Assembly (NCBI GenBank): GCA_044892525.1 | Contig: CM097885.1 | Span: 7,008,001 to 7,072,000, forward strand | DNA: 64,000 nucleotides | Source: Schmidtea polychroa | Lineage: Eukaryota | Reading direction: 5' to 3' | Shown here: positions 42,770 to 56,600 of the stretch, piece by piece | Layout of the letters: each line of letters starts with the position of its first letter | How positions within the stretch are numbered: position 1 is the stretch's first letter | The notes under the pieces: model-generated | What the model was told of the DNA's origin: nothing | Database searches by the model: none | Seen by the model: the letters and a program-made list of their open reading frames with translations, nothing else | Translations under genes and position numbers: made by a program

Positions 42770-44150
42770 GGATAGACCTAGTATTGAAATTAGTATTTCT
42801 AATAATAATTACAAAATTTTACTCGATACTGGAGCAAAGATAAGGGCAATTCAACGAGATTTATTAGAAAAGTGTCAGTTATCAGAATTAAGAAATAGCA
42901 GTATAAAAGTGTGCGAATAATAGCCAAATAAGAATAATAGGCGCAGTTACACTTAATATCAAAATTACACAAATAATTCAGAGTAAGAATATTGAATTTC
43001 ATATATTTATATTTATAACTTTCTCCTAAACAAATTGATGAAATGAACTTTTTAGAATAATTTGGATTAAAAAGATAGTAAGAATTAAGAGAGTTCAAAG
43101 AATGAATATATAAATTTAATGGATAAAGGGATCAAATTTGAATGCAGTAATAAAAATATAACCAATTTAGTTAAAAAATTCGATAAAATATTCATGAGAC
43201 ATAAATAGAGAAAATAATAATACCGAAAACAGATATTATAAAATATGAAATTATTACCTCAGGCAATCTAATAATTATAAATCTAAGGCCACAACCAGCC
43301 CATTTGATAGAAAAAAAAGATGATCAAATTAAAGAGTAAGTAAAAAGAAAAATTCGACAAAATGTCAATTCTTAAAAAATGAATTTGGATTTATAGGACA
43401 TATAGTTAATAAAGATGGCATTAAAACTGATCCGGAAAAAGTACAATCAATAAAAATAGCTGATTTGTTAAAATGTATTAAAAAATTACAAAGTTCTTGG
43501 GGCTAGCAAAGTACTACCGAAGAATTATTCAAGACTACTCAAAACATGCCACTATATTAGAGAACTTGTGTGGAAGTAATTAAAATAAATTAATATGAAC
43601 TGAAGAATGTGAGAACAATTTTCAACAGTTAAAGAATAAATTATGTTCAGCACAAGTTTTAGTATATCCAAATTTCAAAAAGCTGTTTATATTAGACACA
43701 GACGTTAGTTTTGATCGAATTGGGGCGATTCTCTTACAAATTTACGATAATAGCAATGAGAAATTTATCTCTTATGTATCACATTTTATGAGTAAACATG
43801 AACTTGGATATTGCATTACACGTAAAGAGTTATTGGCAATTTATTATTTTACCAAACTTTAAACATTATATATATGGAAGAAAATTCAAATTGAGAACAG
43901 ACCATAACATTAATGTTAAAAAAACCTTTAACATCTCAATTTCAGATATGGATCAACTACCTTAGCGACTTAGACATTGATATGCAATATAGGATAATGC
44001 CGATGCTATGTCAATAAGTAAGTGTACATCATGCATTTATTGCTAAATGATTCACCCAAACCAAAAATTAGGAAAATTGAAAACAAAAATTATGGCTTTG
44101 ATGACAGTTGATAGTGAAAATATTTGGAAAAAGAATGTGGAAGAAATTAA
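42770..44150 (+). pseudogene. Decayed gypsy pol related to the element at 1327-5898
   Basis: Remnants [61 protein letters not shown]; many stops. Confidence 0.85.
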
Positions 44151-44802
44151 AGATATAATTAAAAAATAACTGTATAATTTTCAATTTTTTTTCGCACAAA
44201 GTCAGACTTGGATTTACAATCTAATGAGTTTCACGTGGACAGCTCTATTTGAAAATATCGAGGGCGAAGAATCCATCAAACTGTTCATCACAAGTGATAT
44301 ATAAGAGACTAAAATATTGTAAAATATTGTAAAATATAAATTTGTAATAATATGAAAATTAATAATAATGAATAAAAATCTGTTTTCAGTTCCTTTAAAT
44401 GTTCATTTATTCCCACTTCATGTTCAAAATAATTTTTGTTAAATAAGATAAATTAATCTAATTGAAACGAAAATAGGGAATTTTTACATGTTATCAATAA
44501 TACTATTTCATATTCTGTTAGCTAATTTTTACATATTCTTTAATATTTCATTATAAAAATTTGTAAAAATTATATTTATTAAAAATATAGGCATTTTATG
44601 TTCAAATTTTATTTACATTGTACAAAGATTGAATTTTTTCTCAAATACAAAAATCTACATTATTCTTAAAAATCTCGATGTTTGTTTACAGATATTAAAA
44701 TGCGTGATTGGTTTAAATTTAATAAACAATTTAAATTTATAAATTAAATTAAATTTTATGACTTTATTTGTAAATTAGTAAGCACCAAATCACTAATATT
44801 AA

Positions 44803-47800
44803 ATGGCAGACCTGGAGGCAGTGTTGGCAGATGTTAGTTATTTGATGGCTTTGGAAAAGAGCAAGTCAACTCCTGCTGCCAGAGCTAGTAAAAGAATATC
44901 ATTACCAGATGCTAGGTAAAGTTTTTTATTACTATTAAATTTTACTATTATTTTTCTAAACAGTGTTCGGAGCATAATGCAGAAATACATGGATAAAAAT
45001 AATGAAATGTGTTTCGATAAAATATTTAATCAAAAATTGGGTAATAAAATGATTTTAATAAATTGCTTTAAAGCAAATTTAGGTTTCCTCTTGTTCAAGG
45101 AATATTGTGAACAAACACCAGATGAACCGGTGCCTTATATGAAGTTCTATGAAGAGGTTTATTGAATTTTAATTTCAACTGACATAAAGCTGTAAATTGC
45201 AGATAACAAAATTCGAAAATTTAGAAACAGATGAAGAAAGATGCAAATTAGGAAGAGAAATATATGACACCTTTATTATGAAGGATCTTTTATCACAATC
45301 ACATGTAAAAATTTTTTACAATCTTTTATTAAATTTTGGAATATTTTTCTTTAAATATAATTTTCTTATTTAATAAATTTTTTATTGTTAGCGTAATATT
45401 TTTCGACGTAAATCAATAAATTAAAAAATGTTTTTTTATTATTATTTTAGTTTATTATTTATAATAATTATTATTACTAATATTATTATTAATTATTAAT
45501 ATTACTATTTATTATATATATTATTAATTATTTTATTATTATTAATATATTTATTGTTATTTTTTATTATTTTTTCAATAAATTTTTTATTTATTTAACT
45601 TTAGTATTTCATAAAATTATTATTAATATTATTACTATTTATTATATATATATATATATATGTATTATTAATTATTATTTTATTATTAATATTTCATTTA
45701 TTTAATTTTAGTATTTATTAAAAATATTATTATTTTATTACTATTATTATTTATTTAATTTTTACTATTTATTATAATAATTATTTTTATTTTTAAATTT
45801 TTTTAATATTTATTATTATAAATTATATTTATTTATTATTAAAATAATTATTATTGATTTTTTGTGACGTTCTTATTTTATTCATTATCATTAAACAATT
45901 TAAATAAAAAAATTTACGTAACTTTCGTCTATCTTAATAAAGTCAATCCTAAATTTATAGTCTTGTATTTCATATCTAAATGTTTAAAACCTAAATAAAT
46001 TTTTTATTGTTAGCGTATTATTTTTCGACGTAAATCAATAAATTAAAAAATGTTTTTTTATTATTATTTTAGTTTATTATTTATAATAATTATTATTACT
46101 AATATTATTATTAATTATTAATATTACTATTTATTATATATATTATTAATTATTTTATTATTATTAATATATTTATTGTTATTTTTTATTTTTTATTAAA
46201 TTTTTTATTATTTTTTCAATAAATTTTTTATTTATTTAACTTTAGTATTTCTTAAAATTATTATTAATATTATTACTATTTATTATTTATTATTTTATTT
46301 TTATTATTATTTTATTATTAATATATTATTTATTATATAATTTTTTTAATTAATTTTTCATTTATTTAATTTTAGTATTTATTAAAATTATTATTATTTT
46401 ATTATTATTATTTATTTAATTTTTACTATTTATTATAATTATTATTTTTATTTTAAAATTTTTTTTAATATTTATTATTATTAATTATATTTTATTTATT
46501 ATTAAAATAATTATTATTGATTTTTTGTGACGTTCTTATTTTATTCATTATCTTTAAACGATTTAAATAAAAAATTTTACGTAACTTTCGTCTATCTTAA
46601 TAAAGTCAATCCTAAATTTATAGTCTTGTATTTCATATCTAAATGTTTAAAACCTATCACTAGCATTCTCACTCTTTAAATGGTTTCTGGCACTCTTTGC
46701 TAATTATTTCAATCTTTATATGACATTTCGGCTCCTAATTGCATACTTCTTTTCGCTTGGGTTTGTTATTTCTTTATTTGTAAATCTAAAATCAATACTG
46801 AACGGGGGAAACGGGTATTGTTGAGCGCCAAATTGAAAGACAAATTCAGAAATTAAATAAAAAATTTAATAAGGTGTTCACGGGGAAAGTTATAACGAAA
46901 AAACAAATTAATTAAAGTTAATTAATCCGTAATGGGAAACACGAGGCTGAAGGGAACCCGAAGTGCACTGAGATTAGATAGGAAAGCGAACTCGCCCAAG
47001 TGCCAATCTGGGGTAAACAAATAAGAATAACAAGATTCCCGAGAGCTAATTATTTGCAACAATCCTAAATTCTGTAGATAATTGCCCTTTCAATAAAAAA
47101 GTATAAAAAGAGAGCTCAAAAACAGACAAGCTGCCAGTTGGTTGAAGAAACAAGAGAGAAATCGAATGAATAAGTCACTCAATGATCAGAAGATGAAATC
47201 TAATAATTGAAAGCAAATTTTAACTCTCGTATCAGGAAAGGTGATTGCCCTTATGTTGTATACCTTAGGGAGCAATATTATTTGGAGATAAAGGTGCAAA
47301 TCTAGTGACGAATTGTAATTTTGATTGAAGTTTAATAAAGTTATTCTGTATTGGGCTTCGATTTATTAGTTTAAATAAGAACACGAGGAATCAGAGAAAA
47401 CCGACTTGAAAAAAAACCCAACAATACTTATTGTTCGATATAGTTAATAAAATGACCTAAATTATTGATGAATCTAAGATTTTCCTAGTCATTCTTATAA
47501 TAGGGAACATATTTGCCTGCTCCTATCGGTTTGATATTGCTTACTAAATGCCAAAACTTCCATGTTATTTGATTATTTCCTGGAATCTTTCAAACTGAAC
47601 TGCTTATAAGATACCTACACAAAATGTATTCTTTATACTTACTTTTCTTCTGTGAGAAAAAAAGATATGTTTTATTGTCATTGAAATTTGAACCAAAGTT
47701 GATATCTCTAATGAAACTGTATTGTAATATAAAAGTTGTAATATAAACGTTGTCCATCTGTAAGTTCGTAGCCTTTTTCCAAAGATGATGTAGAAGCTGC

Positions 47801-50495
47801 TGATTGCATTTCATATTCAAAATCAAGAGCGATACAGAAAAGCTTTTCTTTAATATTTCAAACAATTTCTCTTTCGGCAGTGGTTTTAAAACTGTCTATC
47901 CTCTGTCTGTCATTTCTTTGAAACAATTAAAAATTATAAAAACTGAACCTTTGGAAACTTCTAGAAAAAACCATTAATCCGACGAAACAAACTATAAGAA
48001 ATACCTCCAATTGTAAATTTCAAGAACATAAATCGAAAATTCCAAAACAATTGGAAAATTAATTAAACCAAGAAACATTACCTCACATCTGTGTGAGCAA
48101 TCACAGACAAATAGAAATTACAATACACGCGTTCACAGACGCAATACATGATTAACTAGATATGAATTCGAAATAAGGAAATTACAGGGATGAAACCCTC
48201 TTGACAAAAATAGGCGAGTCGACCAATAGCAAGTATTACTGGCGTCAGGGACACGATACTTTTTTGGCGCTCCTGAAAAACATACAATAATATATTATAC
48301 TCCTAATAAGAATATAAGACAAATAATAATAGAATGCAATACCTACTATAAAATACTCTATAATATATAACTTATAGTCATTACCTAACTACGCTTCTAC
48401 AAAATACTATACTGTTTTTCGGGATAAATAGGCACACATAATCAAATTAGGCTTTAAATTTTACTGCATTTACACTGTATTCGTTCTTAACTATATGGAA
48501 TCCACGAATAATGATTTCGATATTATTTGAAGATTAATACTGAATTTTAAATATCCAACATATTTGAACTCCAAGGCGTCCGGACGTGTTTCTGTTGCAT
48601 TTTCTGTACTTTTCGTTTAAAAAAAATAAAATTATATCGCAATCTCAGAAAGATAAAGTGTTGAGAAAGAAAGAAGAAAGAACGTTTTGTATACTGAGAT
48701 ATTTGATTGAATTACTGCAGACATTATTTATAACATTTTTTGTCAAACAAAGCAAGAAAGCAAATAATTAATTATGTTACAATAATTATTAATTTAAAAT
48801 ATATTTCCCAGAAATCGATCAAAATAAACCTCGTTATCCACTTGCTACGCTTATGAGTGTAAAGATTCAAGAATTATATGGCTCACCAGGAAGTGATACA
48901 ATGTCAGCATAGACTTCTTGAAATTTCAAAGTTTTTTTCCCTGAAATTTTGAAATATCTGACATCTTGCATGTTGTAATAATAAGCTTGTACTTCGACGG
49001 AAGTATGAGCATTACATTTAAGGCAAATCTTCACACTTATCCTATTTACACAACTCTCTTAATTCACCATTTCGTTCAACAGTTTATTTAAGAAGATGGT
49101 GTACTTTTCTATATTCGGTATTATTCGGATTCATTCTTTAATTACATTGCATGAGTCCAAGTTCATATAACGAATATCGGTTAATAATATTATATTTTTT
49201 TCTTTTTCCATTATATTAAACGTAGAATAATTTCGAAATTCTACAAGATTTATATAATATAAACGAACACTCTGTCGTTTAATCCTTTTATCAACTAAAA
49301 ATACGAGAAATTCTTTTTTTTATAAGTAACAATAAATAACACAGGCTTTTGTGATTATTTTTGTTTCTTGAAAATTGACTCGAAATTTGAAATCAGTTTC
49401 TAAACTATTAAATCACATTGAAGTCATTTGGTTCAAATTGATCAAATTCTCAACAATTACAGGATACTGGTGAAATTTTATCTGCACTGATTTCTTTTGC
49501 TTGAAATTTAATAACATGGAAGCTTAAAATGAAGATTTTAATGAAAACAATGAAAAATATATGAGCGACAATAAAGCAATATTCACATCAATGGAGCAAG
49601 CGTTTTATATTACTATAGTTGTCATTTAAAAAATGATATCAACTATAAAAGTGACCTAGTCAACAACCGCGTGAATTCTTAGTTAGGGTTAGGGTTAGGG
49701 TTAGGGTTAGGGTAATATAGGTTAGGGTTAGGGTTAGGGTTAGGGTTAGGGTTAGGGTTAGGGTTAGGGTAAGGGTAATATAGGTTAGGGTTAGGGTTAG
49801 GGTTAGGGTAATATAGGAAATATTAGGAACGTAAATTCTTGTAATTTCTTATTCACATTAAAATAAATCTTTAAGTAATATTTATTAAGAAATTCATCAG
49901 TTAAATCAGAAAAATTGAGCAACTGTACCTTGCCACTATTGGTATATAGTTATTAGCTATCAAACTGAAATGCTATTAGAAATTTTTTTTGAAAGGTATC
50001 TAAAAGTTTTGATTGGACAAAAACATTATTATTTACAAATAATTATCAAGAATTAGCCACAATTTTTATATATTATTACTATCTACATGACAAACCTTCA
50101 TAATATTGTCAATATTGCTGTTCTGATAAAATGCACAAATTTTTATTATATAGATTCTTTTTAACACTTATTAAAATTATTTTAACCACAAATCCTAATA
50201 ATTACATTTGAAAATAATAAAAAATATATTCGTACTATATGTAATTTTGGGTTTTGATATTGTTTATTAATTGTGAGGGGTTCTAATTGAGTGTCTAATA
50301 TAATCTAATATTTTATATACTCAATAAACAAATGAATATGATAAATTAATAGCAATAATGAGAACTTGAAATATTTCAAACTTTCGGTTACTGAATCCAC
50401 ATTTATAAAGGGGAACTTTTTGGACCCACACGATTAGGAAAAACGAGGTGTAAATGCAAATAAAAATATCGTCTGAATTTCTTCTATTTTAAATT

Positions 50496-50588
<93 letters not shown>

Positions 50589-50597
50589 CCAACTTTT

Positions 50598-50686
<89 letters not shown>

Positions 50687-53600
50687 TAATGATATTAATA
50701 ATAATATTTTGGCATTGGTGTTTCAGAGAAATAATATTTCGAATTTAAAATTCTAAAGACTAAGAAATTTAAATATACACTGGTTTATAAAAAAACTTAA
50801 ATTTTACCTTAATAGTATAAATTTTAATTTTTGATAAATTTAAACAAAACCTATTTAAAAATAAAATGAATTTTTCAAAAAATTATTCAATGTTTTATTG
50901 TTGACAAAATGTAAAAGAAATTAAGCAAACATTGTTATCGTCATTACTGATGTGGTTAATGAATTGTCAACTTTTCACTAACTGTTATTTCATAAAAAAA
51001 TAAAGTATGGCTATATTAAAATGAGCCCCTAAACTCAATTATTGTAAATAAGTCCAAACGAGATTATTTACAAATTACTTGACCTGTGGTCTGGAATGCT
51101 AAGTCCCTCCTTATTAATCAAATATGCTCTTGGTTCTGTTGAAATATCACATTCCAACTTTCGAATAAATTGCCAATTACATTAATTAATTAATAATTAA
51201 ATTCATTCTATTTGATCAGAAATTTTTAAAATATGCTACAAACATTCAAATATGAATTGAATTATATGTCCATAAGGTGACTTAAATTTGCAACTATTAG
51301 AGGATTTCCTGTTGTTCATAGTTGATACATAGAACGCCTTAAAACCTGGGTAGCTATCAGAAATGATATATTTTTTTGTTTCTTTAAGTAGTAATTAGAT
51401 TTTATATTTCTAACATTCTTGATATTATCAATGCTTCAGGAGTTTGTTCTCTATTTGATAAGTAATTGCTTGACACTCATTCTTTTGGCATTCATTTAAT
51501 GAATGATAAACACTTATTTATACCCTTTGAAGGATCTTAGATAGCCTAGAATGTCTGTATTTTTAAGCTTTCTTTTAGAGACTAGCACTAATTTCAAAAT
51601 GTATTTGGTACTTGGTATTGTATCAAATACTTGTAATAAAGGACCCAGTTAGGGTTTCCATTCCGAGTACTCGGTTACTCGACTGCTCGACAAATTCGCC
51701 AATTTATCGAGTTTTCGAATACTCTATTAATGGAGTCGAGTACTCGAGTTTTAATAAAACAATTTTTTTTGTAAAATATTTATTAAATTTGATGCATATA
51801 AATGAGACCATACTAAAAAACTGCGATTAAAAAGGGTATAGAATTTTCATAATATATAAACACTGATTCGCCATCTGTTGAAAGATTGATTTAAAATAAT
51901 TCATAAAACTTGTTTAGTGTTTCTATAACAAATAAGATGGCTGTAAGAATGTTTAAAATATTTTCTGGTTTTCGGTCAATGTTACCTGGCCAGTCAATGT
52001 TAGGCAATCTGACGCTTATTTTATTCTTATTATGTCAGTGTCAATGTCTTAAATAAGTAAACAATATTTTTATTATATTATTATAAATTATGCCTGGTTG
52101 TTTTTCTGCTGTAATAATTGAACAATACTTCACCATTACACTCGCTCCATCATTTGTTGAGGCAACAATATCCGTTTCTAAATTCATTCCAAATTCTTTC
52201 AAAAGGTTCTCCACTAACTCTTTGGTTTTTTCAGGAGTACATTTTTCTTTAATTTCAACTAGTCCCTTACAGCTTAGAATTGTTCCGCAATGATTGCATT
52301 TAGCTTCATTTTCATTGACTTTTTGAAAATAATTCCAAGCTTCTGATTTAAATCTTCAAGGAAATAGAGGGAAAAGAAGTGACGATGTGGATTGCTTATA
52401 TAATGCATTGTTGACTGTAGCTCCAACATCAACATCTTGCGAAAGAGTATTCTCGGTATCAGGAAATAAAATGACAAAAATACGAAGTCGACTAGGTGTA
52501 AATACGTTAAATGATCTCGTATTTTTGAAATATTATTTCAATCAAAATGTACAGATATTTAAATAATTAATATTTTGACTAAAAGTATTTTTGTTTTGAC
52601 TAAAATGTTTTCCTAATGTTAAATGGATTAATTTAATTTTATATTATGTTATACTTGTTATAATGAACTGTTTTTGTTTTTAAATAAATAAGTATTTTTG
52701 ATAATCTTTTGTTAAGAAATTATTTTTTCTAAAAATTATTTCGAGTACTCGAGTAACCGGTTAATTAAAAAAAAGTACTCGACTACTCGAGTAATTAAAA
52801 CTCGAATAAAAACCCTAGCATTTTGTACCTCAGAATTAGAGAATATATTCCTTTCTCCATTAAAGCCATGCAATTAAAAGTCCTATCTTATCGGGTCTTT
52901 CTAATTATTATTTGATCCTGTTTTGATGTCGAATATTCGAAAGCTATGAAATTCGGGGTTTCCAATTCATTTATTAACTGGGAATTCGAACCATTAGAAT
53001 TTTAATATTAGCCGTTGGAAATTCGTTCTGACAGCAACCGAATAGAGATAAGAAATATTAATTTGAACGGCTGTAGACAATAAATTATCTTATCTTTTAT
53101 ACCGACAAGTGAACAAATGATATTTAATTAAATACATAAATACAAGTGCTTTCTTGTTTGTATCAGTGAAATTATTGTCGGTATTTTCATTTTATCTCAT
53201 TTGTTTTGATAGTGAGACTTTGTAATTATGTAAAATAATCTTGTTCGGGAATTTGGGGTTTTTTATGTTGGTGTTATACTAAGGGATCACATCTGAACTC
53301 ACAGGAATTGAATGGAATTATTGTTTAAATAAACTTAGATGAGTTTAATTCCTTTTTAAAATAAATATATCTAGAATAATATGAATAATATGAATTTTAT
53401 TCGATATTTTTGAACAAGGCCTTTGACTACTATATATACGATAAATCATCTTTTGGCAGCAGTTCTTAAACTATCATAGACCGAAAACTTCTTTAAAAAT
53501 GGAAATTTTTAGTGATACATTTGACTAGTAAATGAGCAGCAGACGATCGTATAAAAATATTGAGTTATTTTTTCCCATTTTATATTAAATACATTAATTT

Positions 53601-56600
53601 AAAAGCATTTAGTTAACAAAAACATAACAGTCATTCGATATGTTTATTTAAAATTTTGATTATTAAATTATTAAAATTGATTATTAAATTAATGACATAT
53701 TATTACGGTTAACTAAAAATAATATATGGGAACCACGCCGATGCTGCAATTTATTCGACCACCTGAAACATTTGAAGTTGTTGATGACGTCGAAAAATTT
53801 ATAGAGGAAACAGACAAATTTTTTGAACTTACCCAAAAATAGGAAGATCACAGATTGACCAAGGCTGTTTTATCAATGAAAGCTCTGATATACTGTTTCC
53901 AAGTTTGAAATTTTAGGAAAGTTATTTTAAAAATATTGACAATGTCAATATTTAAATTTTATACCAAAGTCTTGTTAAATACGTAATATCTTCAGTAATA
54001 AAAATGTGACGCCGTTTGGTCTATTTAACCCAAAAATCAATATACAAAATACATTATTGACGTGTATTTCGAGTGTTTAATTAATTTTATTGGGATTGCG
54101 CATATATGATTATGTAATTACTAATAAACCTATAAGCACAATCGTTTTTATTGAAATTATTTAGTGTTTGATGATAAAAGCCGAGCTGTCAAAATATATT
54201 GCAAAAATATTTAAAAAATGGTTTTCTATTTAAATTTGAAAATATTTAACATTTATATTTAATTATCTTTTGTGAAATAATTTGTAATCATGTGCAATAT
54301 TGTGCAGATTTTCAATAAGTCATCCGTGACTCATGTCCAAGACCGATTGAATTATGCACAGAAACATAAAACACTGCCCGTTGATACTTTCCAAGTACAG
54401 TTTCCATGTCATTGGATCTTTTACTTAATTGGTTACAATTTCAGCCTTACCGCGATGAGATTATGACCGTTTTCAAGAATGAATTGTTTGCTGGATTCCT
54501 TTTAAGGTTGCTTTTAAATTGTTTATTAATTTTCAAAATTTGATTGATTTTTTTTTAAAAATAAAATTTTTAAAACATCACAAAAAATACTTTGATATAT
54601 TTTTTAATTGCGGTTCCAAATTTTATTAATACCTCTCTGATTAGCAAAGAATATTAAATGCAGATTAATTAAATAAAAGCATCAATCAATGCGATTGGGA
54701 TGAATAATTAATTACTTCACTGTGCAATAATCAATTGAATCAATGCGAGCAATGAATAGAAACCTTTGATAATACTTAGCTGAGATATGAGAAATAAAGA
54801 AGAGAAGATTCCCAAAACGAGCATTCATAATGAGGCAATGCTCAGATAATACACGGACAGTGCTGATTTATGATTTTAAAGGTCCTTGATCAATTAAGAT
54901 TGTAGATTTCCTATAGGGCAGAAGGCATTTTTAATCTGTTAGCAAATAGGTCATACAATTATAAAATTTATTTATTTATTTTTTATAATATTTTAGATAC
55001 TGATATAATTATTAATCATGAGACAATTAGTTCTATTGTGACATTGGTAAATAGATAATGATAATGCTAATAATAGTAATAAATTATAATAATAATAAAA
55101 ATAAAATTAAAAAAATAAATAATAATGATAATAACAATTTCCATATTTAATTATCATTTCCATAGCTTTTAGTCAAAAATTCAAATCAATAAGGTAAATT
55201 TATTAAAAAAATAAGTTTTATTATTATTCGTAAGAATTTTAAGAATTAGTTAAATTGAATGAATTATGCATTATTTGATAGAGAAATCGATTTTCAGATA
55301 ATATTTGAAATAAAAATGTCATGATGTCGATTAACATTAAGTTATTGTAAAATATCAACTTATAGTAAATAATCTTTTATTATAATCTTTACTTTAATCT
55401 TTTATGTGACTTTCTTTATAAATCCCGATATGATAAGATACGGGCGTGGGTAGCTTGATTGATAAGAAACGTGATTGTGAATGTCATTCCTGCATTCCTT
55501 GAGTCACCGGCGTTGTTAAGTTTGATATATCATTTTCTTTCTGAGCAATATGAAAAGCAAACGAATGAATGATGACACGGTAGTCTCAATGTACAAAATT
55601 TGCAACAAAGGCTTTTCTCAGAAAAGAATTGGCGCTACTCTCCAAGGAGCCCTGCAACATCATACTGTGGACTTCACGCAACAGGAGCATGTGCAATGTG
55701 GACCCCTTCGTTTTACTTCTGTTGGTATGGATAGAGCAATCGACCTGTCCATAAAACGTGGTCGCTTTGCATAATTCACTTTTATTGCTGCCCGCTTTGG
55801 TATTTCTTGTGAAACTGTTCCTTGTCTCGCTAGGGAAGCAAATCTACATAGTAGCTGTCCTGTGCGTGATTTTCTCAGAAACCATTATCGAACCAGCTGC
55901 CGTTTGTGGTGTTTAAACCATCGAAATATTGAGTTGAAAAACTGAAATTCCTTAGACGAATCAACTTTTCAACTCAGCAACGGTTCTATTTATCATCTAT
56001 CTGATGTACATCGTGTACTTAAGGAACAGTATGTTGAATGCTGTAATTTGCATGAACCTAACAGTAGACGCCAGCATTTGATGGTATGGGACTGTGCATG
56101 CAGCGATAGGCAAGGAGTTAAATTTTTTCCACAAAACCTTCTCCTACTTCATAACATGCATGTCAGCAAATAAAAATCTGCTGCTTTCCATTAAGACAAC
56201 GTCAGGCTACATTTATCAGCTTGTACTTAGAAATACATACCAAAAATGCTATTAATGCTTCTACCTGCTCGCCTTAATTTTTGAATACTAATGAAAGGAA
56301 ACGTTCACATGATTAGAACCACATAAAAAAAAAAGAATTACAGATAGCAATTGAAATGACATGGAAAATCCCAATTACTCTTTCCTTCTGCAGCCGTTCA
56401 TATGTATCAATGGTTCTTGTCTGGTACAAGTTTTAAAAAACCATGATCGACGATAGTTTTGAGTTTACTTCATTAATAAATTTATGTCTAATCATTATTT
56501 ATCCATATTTTCATCATTTTAATGAGGATGATTAATTTTTTGCATGCACTTCTACATTCATATTATGAGGAATGCACTCTATGCACTCTATCTTCTTACT

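Noticed and set aside
49683..49808. True chromosome end
   Set aside because: Short tract inside a GRK intron with exons continuing on both sides.
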